Position numbers and translations under genes: made by a program. A stretch of DNA of 47,315 nt from an uncultured bacterium (lineage in GTDB: Bacteria > B130-G9), in the NCBI GenBank assembly GCA_965372715.1, contig CBDVDH010000028.1, positions 1-47,315 on the forward strand, read 5' to 3'. Numbering within the stretch: the stretch's first letter is position 1; each line of letters opens with the position of its first letter. Positions 27,142-36,610 of this stretch are shown here, piece after piece. Under the pieces are notes generated by a model. The model saw nothing but the letters and a program-made list of their open reading frames with translations. It searched no databases and was not told the origin of the DNA.

Positions 27142-28989
27142 TCAGAACGGATACCAGTGTGCTATCGCTGTCATATAGACGTTGGATACTTCGAGCGCAA
27201 TGAGAATGGCTACCACGGCCGCCAGAAGTTGATTCTTGGCATTGTGGGGGAGCAATTTGCAGACTCCGAGCGCCCAAATGGCCGCAATCCCCGCGATAAC
27301 CGGGAAGAAATACCTCCCGTGAAGAGCCCTGAACCGGCCAACCTTGATCGAGCCCGTTGACACGACGTAGAAGACGGCAAAGACGTGGATAACAACAGCG
27401 TAGAAAAGCAATGCCAATCTCTTGAACAGGCGAGCGCCGAATATCTCTCGCTTCCTCCAAAACGAAAGAAACAGCGCCTTGACAAAACCCGCTCCGGAAA
27501 TCCCTAGCGCCAAGATAACCAGTATCAGGTCTGTGCGGGAGGCCGTGAGCATGAGCCAGCCAACTCCTACCCAACCAATGAACTTCTCCGAGAGAAAGAA
27601 ATCCAGAAAAGTGATCTCAACCGGGAACGTCCTTGACGGCAGATAAGTCGTCGCGGTGATATACAATTTGCCATAGACCACCAGGTTCCTAACGAACCAC
27701 CAGCCGCAGACCACAAGTGCTGAGGCCAGGAATATGGCATACTTGCCCGCCGCTCTTCGCACCGTGTGACAGTATTGCCTCGCGTTGAGCGCAAAGTACA
27801 TCGCGACAACCACAAACGCGGTTACGAATAGCATCTTGGTTAGCATCCCGAGGCCGCATATCACGCCGAGCGCGATCGCCTTTCTGGGCACAATTGCCTC
27901 ATCCTGCCATTTGAGCAGGAGATATAGAAGGAGCGTGTAAAGAAGGATCAGCAGGTGGTCGTTATTGATGCAAGCCTGGTGCAGCGAATAGGCCGGTGAG
28001 AACACCATGAGGCATGGTAGAAGCAACCATTCAGGACAATCGTCTTGGAACAGCAGTCGGCCGATAAGCGCCGCGATCACAATCGTGATGGTGGAGAGCA
28101 CAAGCGAATAGAGCCTGAGAGCGAACCCCCTGGTGAATATGGCCTCGTCCCTTAGGGCCCTCTCGATCGGAACGCCAAGCAGGTAATACAGCGGTGGATG
28201 GTGCGCCGCCCAATTCAGCCGGCTGGCCTCGCGGTTCGGCAGCTCCTTCTGCTCAAATCCGGTCAAAAGAACCTCGCGACCGTTATCCTGAAACCATATA
28301 TCATCAACGAGCACAGTTCCTGAGAGTTGCTCATCCTGTGCCGACGCGTCAGTGATGCTGAGCTTCAACATCGCGGCACCGCTCCGGTGCGCCATCAGAC
28401 CGCCGGAGAATCTGTCAAACGGCGCGACGATTTTTCTGAAACCGTCAAAATCGAGCGGAACGACGATCTTATGACTCCGCTCTCCGGGCGTGTCGATAGC
28501 GAGTTCAAATTGTTGGCCCGAGCCGTCGCCGCAGAGCCAGAAGCCAATTGCGTCGAATCCCCTTATGTCCAACAGTGGGAGATAAACGCCAAGCGCCTCG
28601 GCCGTCTTGCGTCGGAATTGATAGCTAAGGGCGAGCGAACACGAGCCGGAGTGCGCCTTGTTGCATTCCAGTCCACATTTGCCGGCGGCCGCGAACTGGA
28701 GAAAACCGTGGGCATAGAACCGTTCCGGGCCGGGTCCGACCTTGCCCACGTTCCCCGACAACCGCCACCAGTCCGCCTCGTGGATGGACGTCTCGAGTTC
28801 TTGAGAGAAGCGGCAGCTCCGCTGGTCAGGGAACGAGCCATGTGCCTCCAGGTGCTTTATGTAGCCGTAATGCGTATATTCGTCCGCGCCGAGCCACATC
28901 GGCGTCAAAATCGCCAAGAGCGTGCCGTTCACGAGATTGACGCCAACAAGAAGCAGAAGCAGCAACCAACCGGTGTTATACCTGGTCAT
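27142..28989 (-). CDS. GT-C-type polytopic glycosyltransferase with CBM11-like insert, paralog 1
   Basis: ADEYTHYGYI, HHPPLYY, INNDH, GMLTK. Colinear with the downstream paralog (both end in YPF). Confidence 0.7.
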   Translation of the reverse strand: MTRYNTGWLLLLLLVGVNLVNGTLLAILTPMWLGADEYTHYGYIKHLEAHGSFPDQRSCRFSQELETSIHEADWWRLSGNVGKVGPGPERFYAHGFLQFAAAGKCGLECNKAHSGSCSLALSYQFRRKTAEALGVYLPLLDIRGFDAIGFWLCGDGSGQQFELAIDTPGERSHKIVVPLDFDGFRKIVAPFDRFSGGLMAHRSGAAMLKLSITDASAQDEQLSGTVLVDDIWFQDNGREVLLTGFEQKELPNREASRLNWAAHHPPLYYLLGVPIERALRDEAIFTRGFALRLYSLVLSTITIVIAALIGRLLFQDDCPEWLLLPCLMVFSPAYSLHQACINNDHLLILLYTLLLYLLLKWQDEAIVPRKAIALGVICGLGMLTKMLFVTAFVVVAMYFALNARQYCHTVRRAAGKYAIFLASALVVCGWWFVRNLVVYGKLYITATTYLPSRTFPVEITFLDFFLSEKFIGWVGVGWLMLTASRTDLILVILALGISGAGFVKALFLSFWRKREIFGARLFKRLALLFYAVVIHVFAVFYVVSTGSIKVGRFRALHGRYFFPVIAGIAAIWALGVCKLLPHNAKNQLLAAVVAILIALEVSNVYMTAIAHWYPF

Positions 28990-29035
28990 TTTTGTCCGAT
29001 ACCGTCACGTTGTCTGTCTGACCGGCCTGACTCGC

Positions 29036-29093
29036 GTAGGGGTGCCGCTTGCTGCACCCTCTGCCTTTCGGGCGGGGCAAGCACCGCCCCTAC
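29036..29093. repeat. GTAG-type REP doublet
   Basis: GTAGGGGTGCCGCTTGCTGCACCCT .. GGGCGGGGCAAGCACCGCCCCTAC; matches the outer pair at 18534 and 18671. Confidence 0.88.
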
Positions 29094-29113
29094 GCAGATA
29101 ACCACGACCCATA

Positions 29114-30670
29114 TCATCGACGGCCCCGCATCCGCCTCAGTTTATCAACAGCAAGCCGCGCAAAGGCAACCGGGCCCTCGTGCAACAACACATCTCTGGC
29201 CGCGACTAAAGCAAATCTGAGGTTGCTTGTCGGCCGCAACGCCAAGCCACAGTCGCCCGCGCAGAAAGCCGCACGCACCTCCTCAATGAGTGATTGCGTT
29301 TTATCAACATTCGCCTCCCACAGGAATCGCTGGCTGTTGATCCTCGCCCGCTGCGACATCCTGGAAAGCGAATCCCGGTCGCTGGCGAGCTTCCTAACGG
29401 CCTGTTCAAACTCCGCTTCGTCCTCGGCCAGAACGCCGGCCCCCGTCCCGTCGATCAGCTCCGGATGCGCCCCGCAGCGCATCGCAACGCAGGGCGTGCC
29501 CTGGAACTGCGCCTCACATAAGGGCAAGTCAAACCCCTCCCAGAGCGACATTGAGACGAAGAGGTCCGCGGCAGCGAGCGCCAGCGCAACCTTATCTTCA
29601 GGGACGTTCAGCAAAGGTATAACGCCCATATCAGCAAGTTGTTTCTCGGCGGCGGGGTCCGCTCGTCCAGCGAGGACAAGCCTGACGTGTGGCATATCGG
29701 CGTGAATGCGCTTGAAGACCTCGACAAGCTTGCCGACTGACTTGTATGGCTGTTTCTGCCTGTCGAAATCGATCCTACCGACGAACGCCAGGAGAACGTC
29801 GGTATCCGATAGCCCGAGCTCCCGGCGGAACCCTTCTGCCGCGCTTGCCTGAACAAATGGATAGTGATCGCAGCCGTTATAAATGATTTCTGTCCTGTCC
29901 GCGGTCGATTTCGGAAGCTCAGACGCGATAAATCGCGAGATCGCAACGATGCGGTCGTATGGTCCGATTGCGCTGAAAACCCGCTCTCGTTTGGTCAAGC
30001 GCGCCAGTCGGACGGAAAGCGAGACGTCTCGCGGGAAGAGCTCAGGAAAAGGGGTCCCGTGCTCCACGAATATCACCGGCCCGGGGAGGCTGTCTCGCCA
30101 GTAATAGAACGGAAGCGACTCAACAATCCAGACGTCGACGCGAGAGTCCTTTAGCGAGAGAATCGCCCGCTGAAAGAACTCCTGCGAGAAGATGTCCGCC
30201 AATCGCTCGCCCTCCCCGAGCCGAACGATGTCGTAATCGACCGAGGCGTAGATTGGATCGACAGAACCCGTGAAAACCGTGACCTTGTAGCCCCGGCTCG
30301 TCAGCCGTTTCGCTGTCTCGTGCACGACCAGGTCAACGCCGTAGCCCAGCTTCATCCGCTCGGTCAAAATGCCTATCCTGGGCCTTTTAAGCTCCGCTTC
30401 CTTCGCTTGACGCGACTCGGCCCTTTCATCCTCAACCACAAGCCTCGTCTTGATTATCGTTGAGACTATCGCCGCCGCCTCGGCTTCAGTCGTGGAGAAC
30501 CGTTCGCTGAGCCTGCGCTTGAGGTTCTCACGGTTGATGTTCTCGAGAGCGAACAGGAAAGCAGGATCAACAAAGAACGAAGATGAGTCCGAACGCTGAA
30601 CCTCCCTGTGTGTCTTACCCGAAATCGTCTGAACGTGACCCGTGATCGTGCAGTTGAGCCTGAAGAGCAC
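29114..30670 (-). CDS. Glycosyltransferase family 4 with ~90-aa N-terminal extension
   Basis: GYGVDLVV, FVGR, DLFVSMSLWEGFDLPLCEAQFQGTP (E-x7-E). Confidence 0.88.
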   Translation of the reverse strand: MLFRLNCTITGHVQTISGKTHREVQRSDSSSFFVDPAFLFALENINRENLKRRLSERFSTTEAEAAAIVSTIIKTRLVVEDERAESRQAKEAELKRPRIGILTERMKLGYGVDLVVHETAKRLTSRGYKVTVFTGSVDPIYASVDYDIVRLGEGERLADIFSQEFFQRAILSLKDSRVDVWIVESLPFYYWRDSLPGPVIFVEHGTPFPELFPRDVSLSVRLARLTKRERVFSAIGPYDRIVAISRFIASELPKSTADRTEIIYNGCDHYPFVQASAAEGFRRELGLSDTDVLLAFVGRIDFDRQKQPYKSVGKLVEVFKRIHADMPHVRLVLAGRADPAAEKQLADMGVIPLLNVPEDKVALALAAADLFVSMSLWEGFDLPLCEAQFQGTPCVAMRCGAHPELIDGTGAGVLAEDEAEFEQAVRKLASDRDSLSRMSQRARINSQRFLWEANVDKTQSLIEEVRAAFCAGDCGLALRPTSNLRFALVAARDVLLHEGPVAFARLAVDKLRRMRGRR

Positions 30671-30676
30671 GGTTTG

Positions 30677-32509
30677 TTACTCGCCGCGACCCGATAGACG
30701 CAGGAGCCTCGCCACCTTTTTCAGAGAGATGTAAATGCGGTAGGCAAAAGAGCTCTCGATCCTCTTGAGACGCGCCTTGAGGTGCTCGCTTTCCACCCGC
30801 ACAACCTCAAGCTGCTGCTGCAAGACGTGATGCTCGCTCTGCAGCGACGACAGCGACTCCTGATGCTCCTTTATCTGCTTCTGGAGAGCGATTACTTCCT
30901 CTTTGCGAGACTCAGCAAGCTCCTCAAATTGCATTACGAGCTCGTCTTTCTCTGACATCGCCGCATCTGCCCTCTCGAGTCGCTCGTCCCGTTCCCCAAT
31001 CGCGGCCGAGGCGTTCTTCAGCTCCTCGTCGCGCTCGGCAATCGAGGCCAGCGCGTCCCGTATGACGTCCTCTTTTGCCCTCGCCGCAGCTATAGCATCA
31101 GTGGCCTCCTTCCGCCTTTCGGCCAGCGCCTCGTGAAGCCTTGCGACTTCCTTGGCTCGGTCCTCCAGCGTCGCCTCGAGCCCCTGCGCATGCTTCTGGT
31201 CAGCAGCTCTGGCGTACTGAAGCCTGTCGAGCTCCTCATAGAGCCGAGCCTGGAGCGACTTCATCTGCTCATCCACGAGCGGGCCGGGACGCTTCTCGCC
31301 CAAGACCTTGCTGAGGCCGAGCGATTCCAAAAGCGTCCTCTCGACCTCGAAGTAACTGCTGTTGAAAAATGACGGGAAGAAAAAGCCGGGGAAGCGATTC
31401 AGTATCTCATCGTCGCCTCGCTGCCTGAGTTTTTGACATTCCGGTCGTTTTGCAAGGATGCTCTTGAGGTTTGAGGCGACGTATAGCGTAGCCAGGGAAC
31501 CTGATAGCGCGCTCGACGGCAGCGAGACGGACTCGCCCAAGGCGTTCAGCACGTCAAGCATCTCTCGAACGTCCGACCTCGCCGCGTCATAGATGACGTT
31601 CTCCGGCGGCAGCGCATCCTTCGCCCGAGGGACCAGGCGGGCGGCATTCATGAAGAGCGACGCAGGAAGCAGGCGCGAGAGATTCTTTTCCTCGAAGTTC
31701 TTGAGTACAAACGTGAGGGCGTTCTTCTCAGCCAGAAAGGCCATCGAGGCGTCCGACAGAAACTCAGCCGAGGTCCCGTGATGGACGTGATAGCCGACCG
31801 CCTCCCTCGCTATCAGCACACGGTAGCCAGAAAGCCAGAAGCGATAGCCCAGGTCCACGTCCTCGAAATAGGCAAAGAACGACTCGTCGAAACCGCCAAC
31901 GCGCAAAAACGCCTCGCGGTCCACGACCATTGCGCCAGCGCATGCAAAGCTCGTCTCCTCAATCGGCTTGAGGGCCTTGTCCGCCTCGGGGTCCAAGGGG
32001 CTGCCAAACCGGACCTGCTGGCCAAAGCCGCAGAAATTGATCGTGCCCCCGTCGAAATCGATCTTGTCGCCATCCTTGCTCAGAAGCCGACTTCCGACGC
32101 ACGCTATGTCATTCTCTCCGGCGAAAACCGACAGTATCGTCTTGAGCCAGCCCGACGATAGCATCACGTCGGTGTTCACGAACGCCACATATCGAGACTG
32201 CGCCGCCTCCGCGCCCTGATTCGCCGCGCCGGCAAAGCCCAGGTTCTCCGCGTTCTCGATCAGGCGGACATCGGGGGAATGATCCTTGATGACTATCTTC
32301 GAGTCGTCCGTGGAGCCATTATCAACGGCAATGACGCTTATCTCGCCCTGCGCCTCGATCGCCGAGAGGCAGCCCTCCAAATATCGACTGCCGTTGAAGT
32401 TGACGACTACAAACGTTGTGTCCGTTTCCAAAAGCCCTACTCGTAATGCAGATGACCAGTCAAACTGCTCGCCGGTCTCACCCTCAAATGAGCGAGCAAC
32501 CGACCCCAA
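30677..32509 (-). CDS. Glycosyltransferase family 2 with C-terminal coiled coil
   Basis: VVVNFNG, VDNGSTD, NLGFAGAAN, NTD, GGFDESFFAYFEDVDL. C-terminal ~170 aa are heptad-rich. Confidence 0.9.
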   Translation of the reverse strand: MGSVARSFEGETGEQFDWSSALRVGLLETDTTFVVVNFNGSRYLEGCLSAIEAQGEISVIAVDNGSTDDSKIVIKDHSPDVRLIENAENLGFAGAANQGAEAAQSRYVAFVNTDVMLSSGWLKTILSVFAGENDIACVGSRLLSKDGDKIDFDGGTINFCGFGQQVRFGSPLDPEADKALKPIEETSFACAGAMVVDREAFLRVGGFDESFFAYFEDVDLGYRFWLSGYRVLIAREAVGYHVHHGTSAEFLSDASMAFLAEKNALTFVLKNFEEKNLSRLLPASLFMNAARLVPRAKDALPPENVIYDAARSDVREMLDVLNALGESVSLPSSALSGSLATLYVASNLKSILAKRPECQKLRQRGDDEILNRFPGFFFPSFFNSSYFEVERTLLESLGLSKVLGEKRPGPLVDEQMKSLQARLYEELDRLQYARAADQKHAQGLEATLEDRAKEVARLHEALAERRKEATDAIAAARAKEDVIRDALASIAERDEELKNASAAIGERDERLERADAAMSEKDELVMQFEELAESRKEEVIALQKQIKEHQESLSSLQSEHHVLQQQLEVVRVESEHLKARLKRIESSFAYRIYISLKKVARLLRLSGRGE

Positions 32510-32639
32510 GTGCCCGATCTGAACCTAGAATAGTTGCTGGACCGCTCTCAAGTCAAGAACGGAGAGGCCGATTTGGACTGCGGCAAGCTCTTGCCGCTTT
32601 GGATCGCGATGACCTGGCATCGCATCGACATGATATTCC

Positions 32640-32840
32640 TCAAAAGGGGAGTCTAGAGAGGAGGAGGAGCGGGAGCCTCGCCATCCCGAATCACCCGAAT
32701 GAATTCGGGCGTTGATATAATGAAAGCCATCTATATGACCGCGTTGAAATGCGGTCGAGAGGTGCCAGGTCGCCCGGCTTCAGCCGAGGCGACGGAGAAG
32801 GCTCTCATTGTCCTAGCCCCCATCTTCAGATGGGGGATCT
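32640..32840. repeat. Hairpin-array repeat left of Roco gene (module order C-A-B)
   Basis: A (32691-32757) matches 36468-36534 at 62/67. B (32767-32840) matches 36315-36387. C (32640-32690) is weakly similar to 36420-36467. Confidence 0.9.
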
Positions 32841-32892
32841 GGGGTAAATAGGCATTGTCAATTCAGGGTGGTGGGTGGGCGACAACCCTCAC

Positions 32893-35800
32893 CTACAGCG
32901 CGTATTCCTTTGCGTGGTGCTCGCAGAGCCACAGAAAATGCCCCTCGGGCGTCAGCACCTTCTTCAGGCCCCCCCAGTGCCGCTTCGGGTCCTTCTCGTC
33001 CAAGAATCGATACAAGGCGCGCAGCGCGGCGCCTGTCACCCGGTGCGGATCGCCTGTCTCTTCTGCGAAATCCTCGAGGCCGTATTCAGTCGCTTCCTCC
33101 AGGTCTGGTAGCATCTTAACGAACTCGGTCATTAGCTTGATGTCGGTTTTCATCAAGGCCGCGCTCTCAGGTGTCGCGTAAGCCAAGGAAGCGCCGGCGA
33201 CCGGCGCGGCGTATTTCAGCAATCGAACCATCTTGCGGATGTATGGCCCTGTCACCTTGAGCCAGCCAGCGGGATCATCGATCTTGTAGCGACCACCCTC
33301 CGCGATGGTATGCCACTCGCCCGGCGCCTCGCAATAGAGCTGAAGATCCAACATCCTGCTCTTGATCGCTTTCGTCAAACCGGAGGCCTCCCGTGGTCGG
33401 AGCACAAAGACGCTCGGGCAGACCGCCTCGATCTTTGACTGCTCGAGCCGGAAGTTCTTTGTGAACTCACGCTGGGCGAGCTCCCGCAACTCCTGGATTT
33501 GGTCCTTTATCTCGTCATGGCCAGCAACAACTGTGTCCTCGAGGGAATCGATTCGCTCCAGGACAGCATCTTGCGTGCTCCAGTGCACGCCGAACATCAG
33601 GCCGGGCACCGAGACCATCTCGAGCGAGACAGGGCATTGAATCGCCGCACCCGGTGGGTTTCTCTCGATAGCACGCTCGAGGGTCTCAAGGTCGAACTCG
33701 TGGTCGCAAGGCTCGTGATCGTGGCCCGGGCAGGGCATCGTCCTCTCGATCTCAAGCCCCGGAAAGCGGGCCAGCGTGAGTTCGAGGCCGTCCTTCAGAA
33801 GCACGAAGAAATTATGCGGACAAGGGCCCCGGACTGTGAGCTGAATCTCCCGTTCGTGCGTCAGCGCTCGAACCAGAGCGAGATGCCTGCGCTCCTCTCC
33901 GTCCGCGAAAAGGGCGCCGGTGCGCCAGTGCTTGTGCGTCGTGAAGCGGTGCGAACGCGCGATGAACCAGGTCGGGATTCCGGGGGGGATCGTGTTGAGC
34001 CTGAACCGCATCGAGATCTCGCGACATGGTTCCGTATCCTTGATCGCATCCCACTCTTGCGAGTAGTCAGGCGGATCGAGGGGAAGCCGCTCAACGACAA
34101 GACTTATCTCGCGGTTCTCCAGGGTACGGTAGGAGAGGTCAAATCGCTCCATCAGGCGCAGGAAGTGGTTCTGCATGTCGTGCGAAAGGTCCGCCCAGAG
34201 CTCGCGCATGTGTGTCCGAGTGAATATGCCGAGGCGGCCGATAACGTCCTTGCTCTCCAGAACCTCGCTGATGTATTCGGTCATCCATTGTGGCTTTAGG
34301 ATGACCTCGTCGTTGATCTCATCGTCGTCCTGGTAGTAGAGTATCTCGCCGAGTTCGTGCAGCCAGACGGCGAGTATCTTTGCGTCGTCACCAGAGACGC
34401 CTTTCTCACTCATGATGCCGAAGATCTTGCGCGGAGAGAGGTGTTTCTGCTCCCTCGCTCGGATGGCTTCGGCGGCGTCTAGCCACGTTCCAGGCCAGGT
34501 CTCTCCCTGGGTGGTAGTCCGACCGCGGCTTTGATGAGTGCCGCCCGCAGCTCCTCGACGCCCTCTCCGCTCTTGTTGCTGATCTCATAATGGCCTATGA
34601 TCTGAGGGTATTGGGCGCGCAGCCCCGAGAGTGGCAGATCGGCGTCGCGCTCATCAACGTGAGTGGCGACGATCAGAACCGGCGAGTCCGGGGCCCGGGC
34701 TTGGATGGCATCCAGCCAGTAGTAGAGCTTCCCCTGCTCGCAGCCATGTCTTGCGTTCCAGACGAGAACGAAGAGGGAGCGGTTGGTGAGAAAGAACTGG
34801 TGGGTCGCGTGATAGATCTCTTGCCCCCCGAAATCCCAGCCGTTGAGCTCCATCGTCACGTCGGCCTCGGCCGGATGGTCGAGTTCAAGCTGCGATATCT
34901 GGATACCGTGTGTGGTCGCCAACTTTGGATCGAACTTTTCCCCCAACAGCGTCTGGAGCGTTGCGGTTTTGCCCACACCCCCTTCTCCGACGACCAACAG
35001 CTTGGATACCCATTGCCTGCGTCCCCGCTCCAGCTGTGCCCTCAGATAGGCGAGCACCGCCTGCGTTCCCTGCTCAACGATTTCAGGTGGCGGTGAGACA
35101 AGCGGATTGCCTTCGAGACCCAACTCCTGCAGGCTCGTCAGCTTGCCGATCTCTGGCGGCAGCGATGTGAGCTGGTTGCCGACAAGCCACAACATCTCCA
35201 GGCTCGTCAGTTTGCCGATCTCCGGCGGCAGCGTTGTGAGCCGGTTGCCCCAAAGGTACAACTCGCGCAGACTGGTCAGTTCGGTGATCTCCGGCGGCAG
35301 CTTGGTTAGCTGATTCCCTGTGAGGTCCAAAGTCCGTAGGCTGGTGAGTCTTGCGAACTCTGGCGGCAGGGCTGTGAGCCGGTTTTCACGAAGGCTCAAG
35401 CTCCGCAGGCTCGTTAGTGCGCCGATCTCCGGCGGCAGAGTCGTGAACTGGTGGTTCGAAAGATCCAGCTGCTGGAGGCTGGCGAGTTTGGTGATCTCCG
35501 GCGATAGCGTTGTGAGCTTGTTGAGACCCAAGAGCAGCTTCTGGAGGCTGGTCAGTTTGCCGATCTCCGGCGGCAGCTCAGTGAGCTGATTTCCCCAGAG
35601 GTCTAACTCCCGCAGGCTAGTGAGTTTGCCGATCTCCGGCGGCAGAGCGGTGAGCTGATTGCTCCGAAGGGACAATGTGTCCAGGCTAGTCAATTTGCCG
35701 ATCTCCGGCGGCAGCGTTGTGAGCTTGTTGTAACCGGGGACCAGTGTGTGCAGGCTAGTGAGTTTTACGATCTCCGGCGGCAGCGCGGTGAGCCCGTTGT

Positions 35801-36080
35801 TCCTAACATCCAACAACTGGAGGCTCGTCAGTTTGACGAATTCCGGCGGCAGCGCCGTGAGCTGGTTCTCCGAAAGGTACAACTCCTTCACGCTCGTGAG
35901 TTGGCCGAATTCCGGCGGCAGCGCCGTGAGCTGGTTCCGCGAAAGGTCCAACGCCTGCAGGCTCGTCAGTTGGCCGATCTCCGGCGGTAGTTCGGCAATG
36001 CCCTTGAGCGAGAGATCCAGCTTAGCCGTCCCCCTCTCAGCAGCTTCGTCGATGATCCTGAGCAGCTCTTTCCGGTCCAT
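32893..36080 (-). pseudogene. LRR-Roc-COR (Roco) GTPase split by a 1-nt frameshift near 34508
   Basis: ORF 34479-36080 has ~13 LRRs and Roc motifs (GEGGVGKT, WDFGGQ, THVD). ORF 32893-34413 encodes COR. The COR frame stays open upstream to 34506 (GETWPGTWLDAAEAI..). Confidence 0.85.
35100..36020 (-). repeat. 69-bp coding tandem repeats (23-aa leucine-rich repeats)
   Basis: Recurring CCGATCTCCGGCGGCAG at 69-bp period, encoding LPPEIGKLTSLxxLxLxxNxLT. Confidence 0.92.
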
Positions 36081-36314
36081 CCTTATGCCTCAGTTAAGCG
36101 AGGATTTGCGTGTTCGCCCATTCCTCAACGTTCCCGACTTGGATGATCGCACCTGACTCCGATCGAGCAAACGCATAGTGAGGATATAATACCGGGTTTC
36201 CCAGCATTTTGTCAAAGGGTCTGAGGAAGGGAGAAAAGGAAAAAGGGAGAATCCGCCGCCGCTGAAGCTATGGCGGACAAGGGAGAAAAGGGGGAGGCGT
36301 GGCGGGAGGGTGGG

Positions 36315-36534
36315 AGGTCGCCCGGCTTCAGCCGAGGCGACAAGCTGGCTCTGATTGTCCTAACCTCCATCTTCAGATGGGGGATCTCGGGAAACGCGGC
36401 ACCCTCCTCTCTGTCCTCTTCAAGAGAGGATTCTATGGAGGCGGAGGGGGCGCCGCGCCACGTCAAGTCACCCGAATGAATTCGGGTGTTAATGTAATGA
36501 TAGCCATCTATATGACCGCATTGAAATGCGGTCG
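36315..36534. repeat. Hairpin-array repeat right of Roco gene (module order B-C-A)
   Basis: Same-strand copies of the modules at 32640-32840 in permuted order, with four hairpins carrying TTCA/TGAA loops. Confidence 0.9.
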
Positions 36535-36610
36535 CGAGCGCTGCTTGACATGGGAAGGGCGAAATCACAGTATTGCCTCAGCCATTCAGGATAATCACGG
36601 AGCGAGGAAG

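Noticed and set aside
27137-27574. 146-aa N-terminal extension of the 776-aa ORF
   Set aside because: Overlaps the upstream paralog in another frame. Alignment of the two paralogs supports ATG 27136.
34500-34520. Programmed -1 ribosomal frameshift in the Roco gene
   Set aside because: No X-XXY-YYZ slippery heptamer or long homopolymer at the junction.
35100-36020. Regular 69-bp repeats as a CRISPR array
   Set aside because: They are in-frame, degenerate coding LRR units with no unique spacers and no cas genes.
36299-36610. N-terminal extension of the GH-like ORF
   Set aside because: Runs through the non-coding hairpin repeat. The RBS and signal peptide point to TTG 36611.
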